The position numbers and the translations under genes are program-made. A stretch of DNA of 63,650 nt, the filler included, from Candidatus Woesearchaeota archaeon (GTDB lineage: Archaea > Nanobdellota > Nanobdellia > Woesearchaeales > B72-G16): assembly GCA_003650545.1 (NCBI GenBank). It is 3 parts of 3 records of this genome, joined end to end, with 100 filler letters (N's around TTAATTAATTAA, not from the genome) between each part and the next. Parts side by side here need not be neighbours in the genome. Positions count along the whole stretch, not along the records: positions 50,185 to 63,650 come from QMQO01000035.1; 2 more parts are not named here. One strand, 5' to 3'. How positions within the stretch are numbered: position 1 is the first letter of the stretch; every line of letters starts with the position of its first letter. Below the pieces are notes generated by a model. It saw only the letters and a list, made by a program, of their open reading frames with translations, was not told where the DNA came from and made no database searches. Below are positions 57,481 to 63,650 of this stretch, piece by piece.

Positions 57481-59985
57481 TTGAAAATCACACCTGCTGT
57501 TAAACAGTATATAGAAAATAAACAGCAGTATCCAGACTGTATTCTATTTTTTAGAATGGGAGACTTCTACGAGATGTTTTTTGAAGACGCCAAAATAGTT
57601 TCTAGAGAACTAAACATCACACTAACCAGTAGAGGTAAGGACAAGGTGCCACTTGCAGGTGTCCCACATCATTCTGTGCAGCCTTATCTTGCAAAATTAG
57701 TTAAAAAAGGCTATAAGGTGGCTATTGTAGAACAATTGGAAGATCCTAGGTTTGCAAAAGGTGTTGTCAAACGAGGAGTTGTAAGGATAGTAACACCGGG
57801 AACCCTAATCGACGATCTAATGCTGAATGAAAATGTTAATAATTATTTGATGGCTATCGCTAACAATGATAAATGTTACGGAGCAGCTATAGTCGACATC
57901 TCTACAGGCGAATTTCTTGTGACAGAAGTAAACCACATCGAAAAACTCAAAAATGAGATTACCAGATTTAATCCTGCTGAAATTTTAGTTCCAAGCTTTA
58001 TTGCAAACTTATTCAAAGGATGGCATGTTAATCCTTACGAAGAACGTTTTTTTTACAAGCCGATTGCTTATACAAAACTGAAAGAGTTCTTTGAGGTGGC
58101 AAACCTAGAAGGATTTGGAATAGAAAAACAAGAACTAGCAATAAGTGCAGCTGGCGCCTTAATAAATTATCTTGAAGAGACTCAGAAAACATCGTTAAAG
58201 CAGATCAATAATATAAAATATTTCTCAACAGAGGACCACATGATATTAGATGCGGCAACAATTAGAAATTTAGAGTTGATTAAGAGCATCATAGACAACT
58301 CAACAAAAAATTCTCTGCTTGGCGTATTGGACAAAACACTGACACCAATGGGTTCTCGTTTATTGAAGCAGTGGTTGCTTCGTCCATTATTAGACAAAAA
58401 AAAAATAAATACAAGACTAAGTGCAGTTGAAGAACTCACAGCTAACTTACTGATGAAGGAAGAACTACAAGATGGGTTAAAGCAGATGTACGATATTGAA
58501 AGATTGATAGGAAAAATTGCTTATGGTAATGCAAATGCACGCGATTTATTGGCATTAAAGAAATCTTTGCTTGTGTTGCCTCTAATTAAAAAGGTTCTAG
58601 AAGAAAGTAATTCTGCATTGTTACAAGAAATATCTAAAATTAAAACTCAAAACAAAATAGTAGAATTAATAGAGAAAGCAATCAAGGAAGACCCGGCTGC
58701 AACTATAAAAGAAGGAAACATCATTAAAAAAAACTATAATAAAGACCTTGATGTGTTAAGAGAACTAAAAACAAATAGCAAGAAGTTTATAGCTGATCTG
58801 CAGAAACATGAGATAAAACGTACAGGAATAAAGTCGTTGAAGATCAAATACAATAAAGTTTTTGGTTATTTTATAGAAGTGACAAAACCAAATTTACATC
58901 TTGTTCCAAGCAATTATATCAGGAAACAAACCCAAGTTAATAGCGAACGTTTTATAACTGAAGAATTGAAAGAGCACGAAAGCAAAATATTGAATGCAGA
59001 AGAGAAAATTGTCAACCTGGAGTATGAATTATTCTGTAATATAATTAATCAGATTAATGAGCATACAAAAGAGATTCAAAAAGCTGCACATGAAATTGCT
59101 AAACTAGATGTGCTTGTTAGCTTTGCAAATGTCTCTCTGGTTAATCGTTACACTAAACCTGAGCTAAACAGCAATAACGAGATTAACATCAAGGCCGGAA
59201 GGCACCCTGTACTAGAGCAAACTGAGCAAATATATATTCCAAATGACTGTTTGATGGACGAAAATCTTAATATGATGATCATAACAGGCCCAAATATGGC
59301 AGGAAAAAGTTCTTACATGAGACAAGTCGCTTTAATACAACTAATGGCACAGATTGGCTGCTTTGTTCCAGCCGATTACGCAAGCTTGGATATTGTTGAT
59401 AGAATCTTTACAAGGGTTGGTGCGCATGACGATCTCGCAAGTGGGCAAAGCACATTTATGGTTGAGATGAATGAAACTGCTAACATTCTAAATAATGCGA
59501 CTAAAAAAAGCTTGGTTATCTTAGATGAGATCGGACGGGGAACTAGCACATTTGACGGTGTTAGCATTGCATGGAGCGTTGCAGAGTATATCAATAAAGA
59601 AATTAAAGCGAAAACACTGTTTGCAACGCATTATCACGTATTAAATAAATTAGAAACCAAACTTAAGAGTGTAAAAAACTTTAACATAACTGTTGCAGAA
59701 GATGGGGACAAAATAGTATTTTTAAGGAAGATCATGCCAGGCGGAACTGATAAAAGCTATGGTGTACAGGTTGCTAAGCTTGCAGGTTTACCTGCTGACG
59801 TAATAGAAAGAGCAAAACAGATTCAATTTCAGTTGGAGGATGAAAATAAGATGAAAGATAAGGTCGTTGTGGAACGAACACTGGTTAACAAAACAAGAAC
59901 TTTAGACAAATTCGCTGGCACGCAAACAGACCAGAGAGAGTACGTATACAAAAAATTAAAGCAGAAAAACTTAGAGGATTGGTGA
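57481..59985 (+). CDS. mutS: DNA mismatch repair protein MutS
   Basis: FRMGDFYEMFFEDA, ITGPNMAGKS, STFMVEM, LDEIGRGTST, FATHYH, SYGVQVA; start moved to TTG 57481 after GGGGG. Confidence 0.96.
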   Translation: MKITPAVKQYIENKQQYPDCILFFRMGDFYEMFFEDAKIVSRELNITLTSRGKDKVPLAGVPHHSVQPYLAKLVKKGYKVAIVEQLEDPRFAKGVVKRGVVRIVTPGTLIDDLMLNENVNNYLMAIANNDKCYGAAIVDISTGEFLVTEVNHIEKLKNEITRFNPAEILVPSFIANLFKGWHVNPYEERFFYKPIAYTKLKEFFEVANLEGFGIEKQELAISAAGALINYLEETQKTSLKQINNIKYFSTEDHMILDAATIRNLELIKSIIDNSTKNSLLGVLDKTLTPMGSRLLKQWLLRPLLDKKKINTRLSAVEELTANLLMKEELQDGLKQMYDIERLIGKIAYGNANARDLLALKKSLLVLPLIKKVLEESNSALLQEISKIKTQNKIVELIEKAIKEDPAATIKEGNIIKKNYNKDLDVLRELKTNSKKFIADLQKHEIKRTGIKSLKIKYNKVFGYFIEVTKPNLHLVPSNYIRKQTQVNSERFITEELKEHESKILNAEEKIVNLEYELFCNIINQINEHTKEIQKAAHEIAKLDVLVSFANVSLVNRYTKPELNSNNEINIKAGRHPVLEQTEQIYIPNDCLMDENLNMMIITGPNMAGKSSYMRQVALIQLMAQIGCFVPADYASLDIVDRIFTRVGAHDDLASGQSTFMVEMNETANILNNATKKSLVILDEIGRGTSTFDGVSIAWSVAEYINKEIKAKTLFATHYHVLNKLETKLKSVKNFNITVAEDGDKIVFLRKIMPGGTDKSYGVQVAKLAGLPADVIERAKQIQFQLEDENKMKDKVVVERTLVNKTRTLDKFAGTQTDQREYVYKKLKQKNLEDW

Positions 59986-60569
59986 TGTTTTCAAGCAAAA
60001 AAGTACAAATGATCGAAGAAAAAGTTGAAACGATCAGATTTATAATAGGCGCTTTAAGGAAGGAGGTTGAAGAACAGAATGAACAAATGAGAAAGAATAT
60101 TCAGAACATTTCCAATTGTATCAAAGAACTAAAGGATCATTTTTTAGCGTTCAAAGAGTCCAAAGCTGCCAAACAAATTGACAGAGAATGTGAAAGAGTG
60201 AAAGAAAGCACCTTTAATTTGAATAAGGAGATTATGGATTTCAAGCTGCTGAAAGGTAGATTATACGAAAAGCTTGTTGAACAAATATCAATGGAAATAA
60301 AAGACAAACTGTTCAAACAGCTGGATCAAATTAAGACAGATATAAAGATATATAATGAAGTTAAAGAGAATATCAAAAAGTTGAAGGCTGAGCTAGATAT
60401 GTTGAAGGAAGAAATCACTCAGTTCAGGAAGATTGTGAAGGAAAAAGACTTTGAGTTAACAGGTTATGTTAATAAGATAACTCAGATGGACCAAGAGAAG
60501 TTAAGATTAATGCAGCAGGTCAAGACATTACAGAAATTAGTTGCTGCAGAGAGACGAAAGCAAAGATAG
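59985..60569 (+). CDS. Hypothetical coiled-coil protein coupled to mutS
   Basis: TGATG stop/start overlap; heptad-rich sequence throughout. Confidence 0.7.
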   Translation: MFSSKKVQMIEEKVETIRFIIGALRKEVEEQNEQMRKNIQNISNCIKELKDHFLAFKESKAAKQIDRECERVKESTFNLNKEIMDFKLLKGRLYEKLVEQISMEIKDKLFKQLDQIKTDIKIYNEVKENIKKLKAELDMLKEEITQFRKIVKEKDFELTGYVNKITQMDQEKLRLMQQVKTLQKLVAAERRKQR

Positions 60570-60959
60570 TCTGTAGTTTGATAATTGTTAAAAAGAAATA
60601 AAACAAAGTTGGTTATGCGGCTGTTTGAAAAAAAAAAGAATTAGCTGTGAATATATGCGAGAACTAGCTAGAATAGACATAGAAGAATGGAAAAAAGATA
60701 AGAAAATCAGCCAAAGACATAGAAGACCAATCTGGAAGCCGTACAATAGGACATCTGATAAAAAAGAAAAATAATCTAATGCTATATAAGAAAGGGAAGG
60801 TTATTTTAGAATCATTTTAGAACCCAAAAAAACCATTATTACTATTAATAAAAACATAAATATACTGTTCGTATAGAATGAACCGTTTGTGATAGCGTGT
60901 AAATTAACATACTGTGAAAATCTTTTAGATAAGACAAGCAAGGGGGGAGTTATAAGAAA

Positions 60960-61637
60960 ATGCCAATGTACGATAATGAAGAGGAACTCGCCTTAGTCAG
61001 GCGGCGTATAATTCATGCCATATTCATACCAAAAAGGGAAACATTGGATGCATTTTTCTATGATATATCGAAATATAAAAATGCAATAGTTTATGCACAG
61101 AGAGACCCTAATTATAAAGATGATCTGGGTAAATGGAAAGGCCATATCATCTTTGAGTATTACAGATGGTACTACATTCTAGCAGTTGACCATCGACTTG
61201 GAAGAAATAATCTGCCTGTTAGCAATATAGACCTAATAGATATTCGACACGATCTAAAATCTGCAAGAGCAATAATCGAAGAAGGCCGTTTGGCTGAAAG
61301 ACAAAGAATCAGAGAGAAGATCGACATTTTATATTTGAACCTCACTAAATCCACTAACTTAACTGATTATATTGAATATTTTTCAGATAAACTTCCAAGT
61401 GAAGATATCCTTGATTTGAAAGAAAAAGTACTTGTCCGAGAAAAAGACGAACATGGAAGGATCATAAAAGAAAAGATAGATTATAAAATTATCTTAAAGT
61501 TCAAAGATGAGACATACTTATTTCCGGTTACCCAAACTCTTGTCAGCCCGTCTACCAGGCTGGTAAAGCAAAAATATATGTATCATATTAAAAAACCAAG
61601 TAAAGTGCAATCACTTGAAGAAGCGATTATACTATAA
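60960..61637 (+). CDS. Hypothetical protein
   Basis: 225-aa frame with GGGGGGAG SD; no motif recognised. Confidence 0.6.
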   Translation: MPMYDNEEELALVRRRIIHAIFIPKRETLDAFFYDISKYKNAIVYAQRDPNYKDDLGKWKGHIIFEYYRWYYILAVDHRLGRNNLPVSNIDLIDIRHDLKSARAIIEEGRLAERQRIREKIDILYLNLTKSTNLTDYIEYFSDKLPSEDILDLKEKVLVREKDEHGRIIKEKIDYKIILKFKDETYLFPVTQTLVSPSTRLVKQKYMYHIKKPSKVQSLEEAIIL

Positions 61638-61669
61638 TTATACTATAATTATACTATAATTATACTATA
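61626..61669. repeat. Four perfect 11-bp tandem repeats spanning a stop codon
   Basis: ATTATACTATA x4. Confidence 0.9.
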
Positions 61670-61713
61670 GATACACTACTTCGGATAAAGTTTTGAAATA
61701 TGAGATATAAAAG

Positions 61714-63480
61714 ATGGCAATCCACAAGTTAGATCAAAACTTGATCAATAAAATTGCAGCAGGTGAGGTGATTGAAAGGCCTGCATCTGTTGTAAAAGAA
61801 CTAATAGAAAATTCGCTAGATGCAAATGCAACTAAAATATTCGTTGAAATCAGAGAAGCAGGCAAGAGCTATATAAAAGTAGAGGATGACGGAGATGGCA
61901 TGACAGAAGAAGATGCCATTTTTTGTATAGAGAGACATTCTACATCAAAAATAAAAGACATAAATGATCTATTTAAAATAAAAACACTAGGATTTAGAGG
62001 GGAGGCTTTGGCCAGCATTGCAGCAATCTCTAAGATGAGGATAATAACTAAAACAGAAGATAGTCTAGAGGGAACCCAGGTTCACATTCTGAATGGTAAG
62101 GTACTAGATAAAAGAACTGTTGGCTGTAACAAAGGTACAATAATAGAAGTGCAAAATCTTTTTTACAATACGCCAGCTCGTAAAAAATATTTGAAGGATA
62201 TACCAACCGAATTAAGACATATAGTAGATGTCATCACTCGCTATTCACTAAGTAATCCACAAGTATATTTTCAACTAATTCATAATAATAAATTAGTATT
62301 CAATGCACCATCAACAAATGATACATTTAACAATATTGTTAACATCTACGGAAGGAGTGTTGCAAAAGAGATGCTACCTGTTAATTACTCTAATGGAGAA
62401 ATAGAAGTGATTGGCTTTGTTTCTAAGCCAGCATTAACCCGTGTAGACAGATCTCATCAAACATTTTTTGTTAATGGCAGATATGTGCAGAACATTGTAA
62501 TAAGCAGAGCTCTAAATGACGCCTATGGAACTTTGTTAATGGTTAACAGGAAACCTGTTGCTGTTCTTAATATAGCTATTAATCCTGTTAAAATTGATGT
62601 TAATGTACACCCGACAAAGCGCGAGATAAAATTCTCAAATGAGAAAGAACTATACAATACTGTTTTTAATGCAGTAAAAGAAACTCTTACTAAAAATAAT
62701 CTTACAAGAAGCGCAATTGAGGAGGATGCTAAGTTAACCCCTTTAGGAACTGTAAAAGCAAAAATGGAAGTAAAGCATGGTTATGATTTAGTAAGAGACG
62801 AACAGTCTATCCTAGATGAGATGCTTAAATCAGATAGACCGTTAAAAGAGATAATGGAAGATGAAGAAGACATAATGGTAGAAGGGATTCTACCAAAAAG
62901 AAAAGATTTTACTGTTATAGGTCAACTCAATAAAACATATATTTTAATAGAAGATGATGATGGCCTTGCAATAATAGATCAACACGTTGCAGAGGAAAGA
63001 CCAAATTACGAAGATTTTATGCGACAATTTAGACACAAGGATGTGCCAACGCAAACTCTAATCAATCCAATCGTGCTAGAGCTCGACCCTAGAAATAAGA
63101 TTATTTTAGAAAGTAATTTAAAACTGATACATGAACTTGGCTTTGATGTAGATGAGTTCGGTGACGGAAGCTTTATCCTAAGGGCTGTCCCTGTAATAAT
63201 GGGTAAAGAAATGAAAAAAGAGATTCTGTTAGATATAATTGATGAGATTAGTGTGTTGTCAAAGACCATTTCCCTTGAACAATTACAAGAAAAAGTTATT
63301 ACCAGGATGGCCTGTCGGGCTTCTATAATGGCTGGTGAAGAATTAACAAAACCACAGATGATTAAGATTGTTGATAGATTATTTCGGTCTGCTCAACCAC
63401 ACACTTGTCCTCATGGCAGACCAACCATGATCAGGATGAGTCTAAAGGACCTTGAGAAGAAATTCAAACGGGTTATTTAG
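61714..63480 (+). CDS. mutL: DNA mismatch repair protein MutL
   Basis: IAAGEVIERPASVVKELIENSLDA, GFRGEAL, DVNVHPTK, endonuclease motif DQHVAEER, ACR, CPHGRP. Confidence 0.96.
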   Translation: MAIHKLDQNLINKIAAGEVIERPASVVKELIENSLDANATKIFVEIREAGKSYIKVEDDGDGMTEEDAIFCIERHSTSKIKDINDLFKIKTLGFRGEALASIAAISKMRIITKTEDSLEGTQVHILNGKVLDKRTVGCNKGTIIEVQNLFYNTPARKKYLKDIPTELRHIVDVITRYSLSNPQVYFQLIHNNKLVFNAPSTNDTFNNIVNIYGRSVAKEMLPVNYSNGEIEVIGFVSKPALTRVDRSHQTFFVNGRYVQNIVISRALNDAYGTLLMVNRKPVAVLNIAINPVKIDVNVHPTKREIKFSNEKELYNTVFNAVKETLTKNNLTRSAIEEDAKLTPLGTVKAKMEVKHGYDLVRDEQSILDEMLKSDRPLKEIMEDEEDIMVEGILPKRKDFTVIGQLNKTYILIEDDDGLAIIDQHVAEERPNYEDFMRQFRHKDVPTQTLINPIVLELDPRNKIILESNLKLIHELGFDVDEFGDGSFILRAVPVIMGKEMKKEILLDIIDEISVLSKTISLEQLQEKVITRMACRASIMAGEELTKPQMIKIVDRLFRSAQPHTCPHGRPTMIRMSLKDLEKKFKRVI

Positions 63481-63650
63481 CTTTTTAGCTTCTTTTTATT
63501 AAGGTTAGTTTTTTATTAGATTATTTTTTTATATTTTCTTATTTTTTATCTTGTTTTTTATTTTAATTTTTCTTTTGATTATTCTTCTTTTATTTTGTAT
63601 CTTTTCTTTTCTTTATTTTATTTATTTTCCTTTAACCTTATTTTTTATAG

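Noticed and set aside
63481..63650. Long T-rich tract after mutL
   Set aside because: Low-complexity sequence; compatible with archaeal termination but no specific site can be supported.

Overview
AT-rich archaeal chromosomal DNA, most consistent with a DPANN lineage such as Woesearchaeota (inferred from archaeal Kae1, RFC-L, S3Ae, S12, PsmB, aCPSF1 and LonB alongside bacterial-type GyrB, MutS/MutL and a long RelA/SpoT). The window is three contigs joined by artificial 100-nt spacers (25034-25133, 50085-50184), so adjacency across those points is not biological. Contig 1 carries a surface protein, a beta-CASP nuclease, a divergent glycogen/alpha-glucan cluster (GH15, debranching enzyme, GalT, GT3 synthase / GT4, GH57), trxA, cysK-cysS, valS, rfcL and serS. 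Contig 2 carries a CNNM protein, HAD/TrmB/SSS genes, lonB, a divergent pair of unusual MinD/ParA-type ATPases, kae1, relA/spoT, ferredoxin, rps3ae, gyrB, a radical SAM protein, rps12 and a partial agmatinase. Contig 3 carries acyP, aCPSF1-psmB, a solitary SF2 helicase, mutS and mutL. Best candidates for new biology: (1) an 8-codon leaderless ORF MLKAVCCC directly upstream of cysK-cysS, resembling a cysteine-sensing attenuator; (2) a lonB gene broken inside its intein into two translationally coupled ORFs, an apparent natural split intein; (3) two divergent, heavily inserted MinD/ParA-like ATPases plus a membrane coiled-coil protein; (4) structured non-coding elements at 54223-54393 and 15332-15589; (5) recurrent tandem micro-duplications spanning stop codons. 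No rRNA, tRNA, CRISPR array or intact transposase was recognised.
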